Shown piece after piece: positions 12,438 through 25,801 of a stretch of 64,000 bases of DNA (position 1 is its first letter; the number at the start of each line of letters is the position of its first letter). The notes beneath the pieces were generated by a model, which was given only the letters and a program-made list of their open reading frames with translations, searched no databases and was not told the origin of the DNA. A program made the translations under genes and the position numbers. The stretch is taken from NCBI GenBank assembly GCA_964016885.1, contig OZ024741.1, positions 54,622,001 to 54,686,000 of the forward strand. The letters run 5' to 3'. Source of the DNA: Eledone cirrhosa. Taxonomy: Eukaryota.

Positions 12438-12886
12438 CACCATCATCAGGTCGAGCTTGCTCGGCTTTCTACGACGCGTTTCCTCCATCCATCTCTGTCT
12501 CTCATAGCGTTTGCCAGTTCTTCCGAAGTGCATCCAGTACCGTCCTCAAGTTGCTTGACGTATGACTTCTTCGGACGACCAGCGTTTCTTGCTCCATGAG
12601 ATGGACTCCATAACAACACATCACCTGCTATTTCTTCCTTGCTGCGCCAACAGTGGCCAGCAAATCTGAATCTCTGTCTACGTATTGACCTGCTGATAGG
12701 TGGTATATTGCCATAGAGATCCTTTTTTGTTGGGTGTTCCCTCCAAGACACGTTTAAAGCAGCGCGGAGCATACGTGTGTATGCCCCGTCTAGCTTTTTC
12801 TCCAGTTTCGACGTTAGCGTCCAAGTGATAGAGCCATAAACAAGCACAGATTCCACAGCTGCTCTGAAGAAATTCCTTTTCCTTTT

Positions 12887-12889
<3 letters not shown>
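12438..12889 (-). mobile_element. RTE-like LINE 3' fragment (second subfamily), short (GAT)n tail
   Basis: [46 protein letters not shown] in ORF 12446-13018. Confidence 0.9.
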
Positions 12890-12975
<86 letters not shown>

Positions 12976-13368
12976 TATGTATGAATATTCTGTGTGCGTC
13001 TGATGCAAGGAAGAGCATTTTCCAAACTCAACTAGACCCCAAAAAGACATGTCGACGCACGCATAACACACAAACACACAACACACAAACACACAAACAC
13101 ACAACACACAAACACACAAACACACACACACACGCACACACACATATATATATATATAATTATATACACACATATGTGTGGTGTGTGTGTTTGTGTTGTA
13201 CGTACGTATGTAAATAAGAAAGTGTGAATGCGGATATATATGTATACAAATACAAACACATACATACATATATATATATATACATACATATATATTATAT
13301 ATATATATGTGTATATGTATATGTATATATACATATATATACATTTATATATTATAAGTATATGTATA

Positions 13369-13409
<41 letters not shown>

Positions 13410-13529
13410 ATTGATTGTCTGTGGTACGGGGTCCGACAAGACCACAAATCAGACTTGTACAGAATGAGGTAGCTAGCCGAAACCGACTGAATTCGCGATC
13501 GATCCTCTACTTCACTTGTATGCATATAG

Positions 13530-13640
<111 letters not shown>

Positions 13641-14240
13641 TATGTGTGTAGTTGTATGTGTGTTTGTGTCTGTTTGTCTATGTGAATGTGTGTCTAAGTG
13701 TGTCTGTGTGTGTCTGTGTTTCTATGTGTGTGTCTGCGTCTACGTGTATGTGTGTGTGTGTTTGTGTGTTTATGTGTGTGTGTATGTGTGTCTCTGTGTG
13801 TCTGTGTGTGAGTGTGTGTGTACAAATATATAAATGCACATACATACGTACACTAGAAACACATACACTGTGAAAGTAATATGTCGCATGATCGCACGGT
13901 TGCCCGGTGCGGTTTGTTGTGGCATGATTTAATGCGTCTCGTTGTGGCGCTTCTTTGGGTCTACCATTTGTCAATAACCCCACTAACACCAACCCACCCT
14001 TATGCCTACCATCATTCATAGTCACCGTTTGATGTCTTAAAAATCACACAAAACCCCTCCCAACCACAAATATAGAATCTAACCTTCACTGCACTCAGAT
14101 CAACACTTAATATGTGTGTGTATGCCTCTGTGTGTGTGTGTGAATGTATGTATGTGTGCATGTGAATATACCTGTATACTATATATATATATATATATAT
14201 ATATTGAGTAAGGTACTCAATACATAGCAGAGTAAAAGTA

Positions 14241-14363
14241 ATTTAATATAGAAATGGCTTCTACAGGACTAGAGCTGTTTCATTCGGAGGAAATCATCAG
14301 AAAGCTTTCTGATGATTTCCTCCGAATGAAGCAGCTCTAGTCCTGTAGAAGCTATTTCTATAT

Positions 14364-14368
<5 letters not shown>
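14241..14368. ncRNA. Palindrome made of two back-to-back hammerheads (14256-14306 on -, intact GAAA; 14303-14353 on +, GAAG)
   Basis: AGCTTT-CTGATGA-T-TTC-CTCC-GAA-T-GAA(A/G)-CAG-loop-CTG-TA-GAAGC on each strand; axis at AAGCTT 14302-14307. Confidence 0.82.
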
Positions 14369-14434
<66 letters not shown>

Positions 14435-14523
14435 CCACACATATGTATGTATATATATATATATATGCATACATACATATTTAAATGCACCTGTGTATAT
14501 TCAAATATATATATATATGTATG

Positions 14524-14558
<35 letters not shown>

Positions 14559-14780
14559 ATAGCTAGAGAGAGAGATACCGATAGACATAAACTTTTGTAT
14601 TACAGTAATCGATCTATACATGGTACAATATGTACAATACAAGTTGCCACTCTTTTGTTCTCAAATAGACTGTTTAAACAATTTGATGTGTATGTGTGGT
14701 GTGTATATGTGTTTGTCTGTGTGTGTGTGCGAGTGTTTTTTTCTGTATGAGTGCATGTGTTTGAACCTATATACGTATGA

Positions 14781-14873
<93 letters not shown>

Positions 14874-15364
14874 CGAGAGAGAGAGAGAGAGACCGCGTGA
14901 GGTTGAATGTGTTTTCATGTTCTTTTTGTCATTGTCATATGCAAATTTATTTAAATTTATATATCTTAGACGTGATAGCATATTCCTCTCCCTCTCCTCT
15001 ATATTGGCACACACATATACAGTTTATGCAATATATAATAAAGCCAGTATACACTGCATCATATCCTTTCTTGTAGTGACCCGCCCTTTACACTTATTTA
15101 GATATTGGGTACATAGAACTATATCATCAAATGTATCCTATGTTGCGAGACAGAAAAATATGGAAGGTTACTACGTCTAGCAATTCTAGCGATTATATTT
15201 AGGTTCTCTCGTTGAGTCGTATTTCTTCATATGCGAGGTACAGATATAACATATTTGTGTGCATGCGCGTATGTATGTATGCATGCATGTATGTATGTAT
15301 GTATGTATGTATGTATGTATGTATGTATGTATGTATGTATGTATGTATGTATGTATGTATGTAT

Positions 15365-15526
15365 GTGGGATATTGGGGTTGGCTCAGTGGGATTGGCTCA
15401 GTGCACAGTCTTTCCTCACTTAACAAAAATCTTCACGCACAGGCATTGCACGATTGAATTAATTAATAATTAATAATAATGGTATTTAGTGCAAAGGCCA
15501 TACTCAATAACGAGGGGACAGCCATC
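15365..15526. mobile_element. Fragment of the (CATA)n-embedded non-coding element (hairpin end)
   Basis: Homologous to 18520-18660; (ATGT)n on both sides. Confidence 0.7.
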
Positions 15527-15595
15527 ATGTATGTATGTATGTATGTATGTATGTATGTATGTATGTATGTATGTATGTATGTATGTATGTATGTA

Positions 15596-15965
15596 TGTTC
15601 TGGTTTTATGATTTGACAAATTTTTTGCCAATAGAGAGAGAGTCGGTTTCTAACATAGACACAAGACTCTCTCATTGGAATTTACACAACATTAACTAGG
15701 TAGATATGTATGTCTGCATGCATGTGTAGATATGGATGTTATTGTATGTGCGGATGTATATGTTTTGAGTAATGTGTACACGTGCATAAGCTTTGTGTCT
15801 GTACATGTGTATATGCAGTTATTAGATGCAACATTTTTAGAATGTTTTACATATATTTACTGTTCCATTAATGGATCGTACTTGTAACTTCCTAACTTGT
15901 GTTCTTTCTGTTCTTGTGAAGCCTAGCTTCTCAAGATTTGTATTGAGGCAGTTACTAACATATCC
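15596..15965 (-). mobile_element. R4/Dong-like element 3' end
   Basis: Reverse-complement match to 23320-23672 (ORF end plus 3' UTR), abutting (ATGT)n. Confidence 0.85.
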
Positions 15966-18139
15966 TATTCTATTCTAGGGCGGGTAAAATTCCCGAGATC
16001 CATGGACGAGTTCTCGCCAGCGGTCTCTGTCCCTCATTATCGCTGCCATGTTCTGCGTCTCCAACAGACCAGTGTCTGTCCTTAGGGCAGCAACATACGT
16101 TAACCTTGATCTTCCTCTTCCAGTGTGTCCATGTAGGGGCTCCCACAGGAGCACTGAGTGCAATGTCAACTCTGGATGTCGGTGAGCATGTCCAGCTAAT
16201 CTCAGTCTCCTCTGTGTCACTTTTGAGCTGACTTTTGGGAGGCTCCCATACAGCTCTGAGTTTTATCATCCTCAGTGTATACTGATTAATGTTCAGAGCC
16301 ATCCTCAGCATTCTCGTGTAGCACCCATCCACCATCTGAGTGAGTTTCTTGGTCAGTGTCCAAGTCTCAGACCCGTACAGCAGCACAGACTCCACTACAG
16401 CAATGAAGAGGCGGATTTTCAGGTCTTTACAAAGGTCCGACTTCCACACCGATCTCAAGCTGTGGCACGCCACCCAGGCTTTTCTCTTCCTCTCAACCAC
16501 ATCACCTTCCGTATTCCCAATCTTTGCTCCCAAAATCAGGAAGTCCTCAACCAATACTAGCGGCTTCCCGCCTACATTAGTGATCCCCTCTGGCTTCTCA
16601 ACATGTCCTGGATATGACATTAAACTACATCCAGTAGCAAGGCTCCAGTTCGGGAGTTCAGGAGCTGTGGGGAATGTGGAGTTACCCCTTAGTTGTCTTA
16701 ACTCCCAGGTCTGCTCTGGCACGGAGTAGTAGTACCTGTTAGGGCCCCATTTATGGGTTAAATAACTTCCTTATTCGAGTGGCCCCGGTAAGGTATTGTC
16801 AGCCATTGAAAAGAAATATGGAGAGTCGATCTAACAGCACTAGGGTTAGAGCCTCTAATTACACTGTCAAGCAGGAGTCTGGTCAGAGAGGGCCAGTGGA
16901 TGATGGATCAACTGTCTCTGAGACAAATATAAAGAATGCAGTTTTGTCCTGCAGAAGAGCCATCAAATTGGACACTTTGAATGTGAGGACTATTCGGACG
17001 CTGGAGAAGAGAGAGGAGTTGGGACATCTGTTCGAGGGGAGTGGTATACAGATACTTGCGATCCAAGAACACAGGATCCTACACGATGAGTCCGTGAGGA
17101 GTGTGATGATTGGGAAGAGGAGCCAGCTCATCACCACATCGGCAGTGAGGAACATGCCCAATGCTGCAGTGGGGGGAGTGGGTTTTGTTTTCAGCGCAAA
17201 ATCCAGTCTATTGGTGATGGAAATAATGCCTGTCTTCCCGCGAGTGTTGAGGGTGACCTTCAATGGAACCTAAGACTGACAGTCATCTCAGCCTATAGTC
17301 CAACCGAGGGAGACAATGATGTGAGTGCGGAAGAGTTCCATGAGGAGGTGTGTAGAGCTGTCAACACCACTCAAGCACACAACACCCTGCTTGTTTTGGG
17401 GGACTTCAATGCACATCTGAGTAAGAGGGCAGTGAGAATCCTTGCTGGTACTTCCATAACAACACCAACTGAAATGGAAGACTACTGAGAGACACCATGC
17501 TGGAGGCTAACTTGATAGCGACCAACCTAAGGTTTAGGAAGAATCCGGGGAAGATGTGGACCTACATCTCAGATATGCACCTGTCCAAGTCCCAGATTGA
17601 TTTCATTCTGGTGAGGAAAAAGTGGAGGAATAGTGTTCTGAACACAGAACCATACAACTATTTCAGTACACTGGGTAGTGACCACCGGCTTGTTATGAGT
17701 GAGGTCCGGGTGAGCTTAAGAAAGAGCAAGGCTGAGCCTCGGAGAGCAATCTATGACTGGGGAGCTTTCAAGGAAGATGATAAGCTACAGGAGAGGTTCA
17801 CAGTGGAAGTAAAGAACAGGTTCAGTGTTCTGTGTGGAGAGACAGAGGAGAGAGAGATTGGATGGACTGAGGAGAGTGTGACGAGGAGGTACGGGCACTT
17901 CACCAATGCAGTGGCGGAAGCAAGTGAAACCCTGGTGCCGAGGTAAAAGAACAAAAGGAAGCACGAGAGCTCTGCAAACCCAAAAGTGTGTGTAGCCAGA
18001 GAACACCTGAAAGCTACCAAGGACCAATTCTATGCTGATCCTAGGATGAGAGGATGGAGACTGTGGAGGTGATGAGGGAAGAACTCTGTACCGCTTACAC
18101 TGAGGCCAGAGAGGAGGCACTGATAGATAAGATCAGAAG
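15966..18139 (-). mobile_element. RTE-like LINE with 5' inversion and internal deletion: 3' end on - (15966-16603), 5' UTR plus APE endonuclease on + (16604-18139)
   Basis: Plus strand TLNVRT, LAIQEHR, LGDFNAHL, SQIDFIL, SDHRLV; minus strand C-terminal ESVLLYGSETWTL; RT core absent. Confidence 0.88.
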
Positions 18140-18660
18140 TCACTCTTGAGTGCTACTGGTAACATGTAACCCAGTACAACCTGTCGCATGATCGGGTCGT
18201 CGGCGACTAAACCGGCAACCCCACCAAGTTAACTTGGCGAGGAGGGTGATTTTGGACACCCTGCAGGACAAAAAGCAAAACCAGACAAAGCGCGGAAGAA
18301 CTCATAACAGTCAACGGCCATCCAAAAGTGTCTAAATATGTATATAGACATGTACCGCGTGGTTAAACCACTGGGACTGAAGGACCCCTAGCCTTTGTCA
18401 GGGTATTCTTCTAGAAGGCAACTCAGGAAACTGGGATAACTCCGATATAAAATCTGCGGTTCAGTAGTTACCGATAATGTTGATCTTTTCTTCTTTTTCG
18501 GTTATAGCTACTGTCGCTGAGTGGGATTGGCCCAGAGCACAGTCTTTCCTCACTTTAACAAATATCTCACGCACAGACATTGCACGATAGAATTAATTAA
18601 TAATTATTAATAATGGTATATCGTGCAATGGCCATACTCGATAACGAGGAGGCAGCCATC
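18140..18660. mobile_element. (CATA)n-embedded non-coding element, subfamily 1
   Basis: Shares GTGCTACT.GTAACATGTA.CCCAGTACAACCTGTC and the terminal hairpin with 19186-19794. Confidence 0.8.
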
Positions 18661-18810
18661 ATGTATGTATGCATGTATGCATTATGTACGTATGCATGTA
18701 TGTATGTATGCATGTATGTATGTATGCATGTATGTACGTATGCATGTATGTATGCATGTATGTATGCATGTACGTATGTATGCATGTATGTATGTATATA
18801 TGTATGTATG

Positions 18811-19070
18811 TTCTTCTGGTTTTATAATTTCACAAATTTTTTCCCAATAGAGAGAGAGTCGGTTTCTAACATAGACACAAGACTCTCTCATTAGAATTTA
18901 CACAACATCAACTAGGTAGTTATGTATGTATGCATGCATGTGTAGATATGGATGTTATTGTATGTGTGGATGTGGATGTTTTGAGTTGTATGTGTGCATG
19001 TGTATATGCTTAGTATCTGTACGTTTGTATATTCAGTTATTAGATGCAAAATTTTTGCAATGTTTTACAT
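18811..19070 (-). mobile_element. R4/Dong-like element 3' UTR fragment
   Basis: Matches 15596-15850 and the reverse complement of 23435-23672; flanked by (ATGT)n. Confidence 0.82.
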
Positions 19071-19185
19071 GATGCATGTATGTATGTATATATGTATGCA
19101 CGTATGTATGCATGTATGTATGCATGTATGTATGCATGTATGTATGCATGTATGTATGTATGTATGCATGTATGTATGTATGCGC

Positions 19186-19794
19186 TGTCAGGTCACCAGT
19201 TGGTGCTACTAGTAACATGTATCCCAGTACAACCTGTCTCATGGTCGGGTCGTTGGCGACTAAACTGGCAACCCCACCAAGGTTTCTTGGTGAGGAGGGT
19301 GACTTTGGACATCCTGCAGGACTAAAAACAAAACCTGTAAAAGGGCAAAGGAGCTCTTAAGAGTCAATGGCCATCCAAAATCACCGGGAGAGATGACTCC
19401 TTAGCCTTTGTCAAGGCAGAATTCTAGGAGAAGGAAAACTCTGATATAACACCTGCAACCCTGATGGTATCCAATGATGTTGACTTGTTCTTCTTTTTGG
19501 TAAATATCATCTTGGTTAAGAGAGTGGGACTGGCTTTGTGCAGTGCTTTTGCTCATTATAAAAGTTTCACGGCACAGGCATTGCTTTATATCTGGAGATC
19601 TCTCTGCATTTTTCGTCACATGCTACCATGGGCCCAGCACTATGTGTCAATATTTGTCACAAGTGCAGTGTTTGTACCAGAGTTTTCAAGTCGCTGGCTG
19701 GACTAAAAAGTCACACTCGTTCAGCGCATCGGTAGGGGTTCTCCTACATGGATATAAAGTAGTAGCCGTACTCGAAAACGAGTTGGCAGCCACC
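19186..19794. mobile_element. (CATA)n-embedded non-coding element, subfamily 2 (~610 bp)
   Basis: Near-identical inverted copy at 22260-22868; (ATGT)n on both sides. Confidence 0.85.
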
Positions 19795-20289
19795 ATGTAT
19801 GTATGCATGTATGTATGCATGTTCTGGTTTTATAAATGGTCACCAATAGAGATAGAGTCGTTTTCTATCATAGATACAAGACACTTTTATTGGAATTTAG
19901 ACATCAATTATGTAAATACGTATATATGTCGGTAGGCGTCTGTGTGCATTTATATGCTGGTATAGATGTTTTTGCATGTGTAGATCTATAATCCTGAAAA
20001 TCTATAACTGACATTCTCATCAAGGACGTCAAGCATGGGTTAGAGTGGTACCTAGGTCGACAAACGTATCCAAAATATACCAGCATTCTATTGTTAGCGT
20101 ATATGAATGTGGGATATATAGCTTGCCTGATTTTGGCTGATACATTACTACGGTCGAGGCTGATTGTAAGACTGAATTAATTGGAGACGAAGCGACCAAT
20201 ATCCCATGACACCTACGTGAGGATTAACAATAATCTGCTCCCAGCTTACATATTTACACACAACATACAAATATGTATACGCTATTGAA

Positions 20290-20568
20290 TGACCTTTGAC
20301 GGGCTTTGTTTTTCATCATACAGGCTGTCCAAAAATCTCCCTCCTCACCAAGCAAGCTTGCGAGGGCTGCCGGTTTTTCGGTCGACGATCCGACCATGTG
20401 ACAGGTTGTACTGGGCTACATGTACCAGTAGCACGCAAGAGCGACTTGACATACATACATAAATACATGCATACATGCATACGGACATCCATCCATACAT
20501 ACATAAATACATACATAAATACATGATGGCTGCCCCCTCGTTATCGAGTATGGCCATTGCACGAGGGA
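20290..20568. mobile_element. Two fragments of the (CATA)n-embedded element separated by (CATA)n
   Basis: 20290-20449 matches one end and 20525-20568 matches the hairpin end. Confidence 0.7.
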
Positions 20569-21359
20569 AAAAAAAAATTAATAAATATATAAAAAATAAA
20601 AAAAATAAATAAATATATATGTATATGTTGCAACTGTTCACTTTTAAGCCCTATGAAGAATTAATAAATTAAAATCAAAAAATCAGAGCATTATATCATA
20701 AATCATGTCTTTAGAATCATCAGATATTAAAATATATACTATTTCTTCTTCTAATTAGCATAATTAACCATATACAAGATCAAATCTAGCAAGCTTTAAG
20801 AATAAATTTTCTTATGGGGAAATCTCTGACAAACAATCGACCGTAGCCTCTTCGCGGCAGCCCCGTTCCATTATTTATCGAACATTTCGATAGCATGTAG
20901 ACTTCGACCACATATACCATCAACCACACACAATTAGTAGTAAAATTAAACTTAGAAGAAATGCGCACATACCGTAATTATATCCCTACCATGGTTTCTT
21001 CCTTATTTAGGACATCCAAATAATATGAATTTCCAGAGTTAGTTTCATCAGGGGATAAACTCAAAATCAGACATTTAGTTTTTCAATCCGATCCCTCCAA
21101 ATTTAGATTCAAAAATGGCTAAAAATCGCTATGTAGCTGTGTTCCAGCCAGAGAGAAAGAGTGTGATTGGTTGCTTACGGCGGGTAGGCTTGCTGCTAGA
21201 AAGCGCAGCCATATATCGCCAAATTTAATCTCAACCAATTGGGAGATTATTAAATATAAAGGTTATCATATACATAAAATTAAAGATATATATATGTTGC
21301 AACTGTTCACTTTTAAGCTCTATGAAGAATTAATAATCTCCCAATTGGTTGAGATTAAA

Positions 21360-22115
21360 TTAAGCCTTCATGTCGTCATGGAAAGACCTAACTAAAGCAA
21401 GGAACTTATCAGGGCAACCAAGTTTCTGGAGAACCTTCCATAATGCATCTCTGTTAACAGTATCGAAAGCTTTTGTCAGATCGACAAAAACCTGATACAG
21501 ATCCAAGCCTTGTTCCATGCACTTCTCCTGGAACTGTCTAGCTGAGAAGATCATATCAGTAGTGCCGCGTCCAGCACGAAAACCAGATTGACTTTCAGGA
21601 AGAACACAATCTGCAATGTGTGTCAGCAGACGGTACAGAAGCACCCTGCATAAAACTTTCCCTACGACAGAAAGCAATGATATACCTCTGTAGTTCCCAC
21701 AATCATTCCTGTTACCCTTTCCCTTGTACAAGACCACCATTACTGCATCTCTCCAGTCCTCAGGTACGGATTCATTAGCCCATATCCTGCCAAACAAAGA
21801 GTGAAGATGTTGCAGGAGTCTCTCACCACCATATTGTAGGAGCTCATAATGTATGCCATCCATACCTGGAGATCTTCCACTGTTCAGCTTCGAAATAGCC
21901 ACTGCAACCTCCACAAGCGTCGGAGGTTCTGCGACAGCTTCTTTCACAGGACTTTCTGGAATGAGATTGAGGAAATCTTCACTGACGACAGACGGCTGCT
22001 TCAAAAGATCATCAAAGTGCTCTCGCCACCTTCGTAGAATTCCTTGTGAGTCACGAAGAAGTTATTTGCCATCCTTGCTGCGAAGCGGTGTCACCAGAAA
22101 AGAAGACGGTCCATA
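21360..22115 (-). mobile_element. RTE/BovB-like reverse transcriptase fragment
   Basis: GRSPGMDGI, DCGNYRGISLLSVVGK, LPESQSGFRAGRGTTDMIF, FVDLTKAFDTVNR. Confidence 0.92.
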
Positions 22116-22259
22116 AACCTCACATAATAACATACATGCATACATACATACTCAAATATATACATACATACATACTCACATACATACATATATACATACA
22201 TATATACATGCATACACATACATGCATACATACATGCATACATACATGCATACATACAT

Positions 22260-22868
22260 GGTGGCTGCCAACTCGTTTTCGAGTACGGCCACTACTTTAT
22301 ATCCATGTAGGAGAACCCCTACCGATGCGCTGAACGAGTGTGACTTTTTAGTCCAGCCAGCGACTTGAAAACTCTGGTACAAACACTACACTTGCGACAA
22401 TTATTGACACATAGTGCTGGGCCCATGGTAGCATGTGACGACAAGTGCAGAGAGATCTCCAGATATAAAGCAATGCCTGTGCCGTGAAACTTTTATAGTG
22501 AGCAAAGGCACTGCACAAAGCCAGTCCCACTCTCTTAACCAAGATGATATTTACCAAAAAGAAGAACAAGTCAACATCATTGGATACCATCAGGGCTGCA
22601 GGTGTTATATCAGAGTTTTCCTTCTCCTAGAATTCTGCCTTGACAAAGGCTAAAGGGTCATCTCTCCCGGTGATTTTGGATGGCCATTGACTCTTAAGAG
22701 CTCCTTTTCCCTTTGACAGATTTTGTTTTTAGTCCTGCAGGTTGTCCAAAGTCACCCTCCTCACCAAGAAACCTTGGTGGGGTTGCCAGTTTAGTCGCCA
22801 ACGACCCGACCATGAGACAGGTTGTACTGGGTTACATGTTACCAGAAGCACCAACTGGTGACCTGACA
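22260..22868. mobile_element. (CATA)n-embedded non-coding element, subfamily 2
   Basis: Reverse complement of 19186-19794; (CATA)n on both sides. Confidence 0.85.
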
Positions 22869-23001
22869 TAATACATACATACACACATACATACATACAC
22901 ATATACATACACACATAAATACATACATACATACATACATACATACATACATACATACATACATACATACATACATACATACATACATACATACATACAT
23001 A

Positions 23002-23672
23002 GGTAAAAAAGATAGCCCGGATAATAAACACATTAAAAGCTACAGCAATGTGGAAGACATCCATGTACATAATATGAAAGAGTACTGGTGGAATGTTCTA
23101 GTAAAAGCCCAATAAAATGCAGGCATAGCAGACCAGATATGATATGGGACAGGGAGAAGAAAACATGCACAGTAGTGGAAGTTAGCTGCCCAGCAGATGC
23201 CAATATAATATCAAAGTTTAGCGAAAAGAAGAATATTTATGCAGAACTGATGAGAAATCTGCAGATACTCCACCCTGATTACACCTTCAGATTTATGCCT
23301 GTGATTATTGGGACACTGGGGTATGTTCGTAACTGCCTCAATACAAATCTTGAGAAGCTAGGATTCACAGGAAAAGAAAGAACACTACTAGTTAGGAAAT
23401 TACAAGTACAATCCATTAATGGAACAGTAAAAATATGTAAAACATTCGAAAAATGTTGCATCTAATAACTGCATATACACATGTACAGATGCAACTCAAA
23501 ACATCCACACCCACACATACAATAACGTTCATATCTACACATGCATGCATACATACATACATATCTACCTAGTTGATGTTGTTTACATTCCAATGAGAGT
23601 CTTGTGTCTATGTTAGAAACCGACTCTCTCTCTATTGGTAAAATTTTGTGAAATTATAAAACCAGAAGAACA
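23002..23672 (+). mobile_element. 5'-truncated R4/Dong-like non-LTR element with restriction-like endonuclease (ORF 23088-23465)
   Basis: HSRPDMIWD..VVEVSCPAD..EKKNIYAEL..PVIIGTLG is a PD-(D/E) RLE signature; (CATA)n on both sides. Confidence 0.88.
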
Positions 23673-24070
23673 TACATACATGCATACATACATACATACA
23701 TACATACATACATACATACATACATACATACATACATACATACATACATACATACATACATACATACATCTGTATCACACCCCACATACTCACATACGCT
23801 TTTTGTTTTATCTCTATGTGCAGGTACAATCGCATGTATTTATACATAAACACTTTCGCTTCCGTTTCGCTACACATAAACTCTTATAAGCAACATCTAA
23901 ATATCTAAATTCCTACACACAAACAAACACGATTCCATCGTAAAAGAATCTCACCAAATATATCACAAATGTCATAAAACTCCAAAAATGTACTAAACAA
24001 TCATGAATAAAAATGCATAATGTTAACGATCGAAAAAAATTATAAACAAAAGAACAGAAAGCAATATATA

Positions 24071-24134
24071 TACAGGGTGTCCCCAAAAATCTATACACAC
24101 TTCAACAGCATAATAAAAGTGTGTATACATTTTT
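24071..24134. mobile_element. Tc1/mariner-type TIR remnant
   Basis: TA-CAGGGTGTCCCCAAAAATCTATACACACTT with partial inverted AAGTGTGTATACATTTTT. Confidence 0.55.
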
Positions 24135-24999
24135 ATGCACGTGTGTGTGTGTGTAAAGAGAGAGAGAGGGGGAGAGAGAAAGAGAGAGAAATACATTGAT
24201 AGATAGATTTTTCTATTCTTTATATTTATAATTTTTTCACTTGTTAACATATTCTTTCAAATGCATTACGCATATATAAATTAACGTGAGTGTGGCAGAA
24301 AAGAAAACAGATTAACTGAGAGAATGAGAGAGACATGAGGAAAGCGGGGGCGGTATGTTGCAAATGTCGAAGGTGCTGAGAATAAATAAAAATATAATAT
24401 ATGGAGAGAATAGAGCGAAGAATGGGATAAAGAGATGTATACAAGCCAAACCAACCAAGAGGTGTTAGACAGCCAGATAGAGGATCAGAGAAAGAATCTA
24501 CTGTATTTGTTTAGAGAAATATGTCTGAAATGTATCTTCAACTACTTAAAATACAATTACTGGCACTCATCAAGAGATAGTATTTAACATACAATTACTT
24601 GAACTCTCGACACCTGGAGAATGTACGAGAGAACAGCAAAAGTTATAACAATTCAATATCTCAGAAATTCTACATCTGTATAACTCCAGATCTTTGAAAC
24701 CACGCGTGTCTATGGTAGCTACTATTATATAGGTTTTAAACGTGATGTTGATATGTTGATATGTCATATCACATTATGTGTGCCTCCCACAAGATATGTG
24801 ACAGGCATTCATCTTTTTCCTCTTTACTACAGACATATCAAGATTCCCCCTTTCTCAGTCTTAACCTTTATATTATTTTTTCTTGCATGATGTGTAGGTT
24901 GTTTTCTTGTACTTAATTTTCAGTTTATTTTTGACTGACCACGTTCACGGCAGCAAGGTGGTAAACAAAAGGAAATGTCCGTTGATCCTTGTGCAATCC

Positions 25000-25335
25000 T
25001 TCATACTTTTGATTTTTTTTTATGTTTTCCAGATTATGATGGTTCCAGATATCGCGACCATTTGTAGATTATAAATTAAAGAGCTACGTTCTTTGTCCGC
25101 AAATCCAACATCGGTCATACTTTTGTCCAAGCCGATTGGTATATATCCTGTAGCTCCAATAATAATATGCATAACACTGAACGTGTATCTTGGGTGCTAG
25201 ATATGCAAACTCCTCATAAATGGACCGTAGGTGACCTACTCCTGCATTGTTCTTACTACATTGATATCGAGCAGCGAGTAGGCAGCTGACTTCTGCAACA
25301 GAGCATCTTTCATGTTCAAGCGCTTTATTTGATGT
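25000..25335 (-). mobile_element. Degenerate R4/Dong-like RLE fragment
   Basis: Minus strand YGPFMRSLHI*HPRYTFSVMHIIIGATGYIP aligns with YAELMRNLQILHPDYTFRFMPVIIGTLGYV. Confidence 0.7.
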
Positions 25336-25421
25336 CGGTTTTTATTTTAAGGTTCTACCTGTATTCCTTTGAGCCATCAGTCTCAATATATTCCTCCATA
25401 TTTGTGTGTGTTTGTGTGTGC

Positions 25422-25472
<51 letters not shown>

Positions 25473-25801
25473 TTGTATGCATGTTTGTAAGTAGGTTACT
25501 GTTTTTCTTTCAATACTTATTTAAAACACGACTTATCTCCAGTTTGGTACAACAGACACAGTACGAAGAACAGATACACAAGCCACCTACTTCAAATACT
25601 GCAATATTACAACAGCCAAATGCACCCTTGTTATAAAATGGATGAATATGTCATTAAAGAAACTAAGGAAAAGAAAATACCAAACTAACCTCCTTCTCTC
25701 ATTAATATGTGACCACAAACTGTTAAACTGCAGAGCGTAATACAGATGACCTCAGCAAACATGAAAGTTGCGATGTTCATTACGAAAATTGTTACATTGA
25801 T

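Noticed and set aside
13455-13505. HHR-like CAGAATGA-GG..CC-GAAA-CCGA
   Set aside because: Core and stems I and III are too degenerate; the same applies to remnants at ~27205-27245, ~30305-30330, ~45145-45175, ~45533-45560 and ~48565-48600.
20995-21060. CTGATGA..GAAA on the minus strand
   Set aside because: No stem II or stem III can form; chance match.
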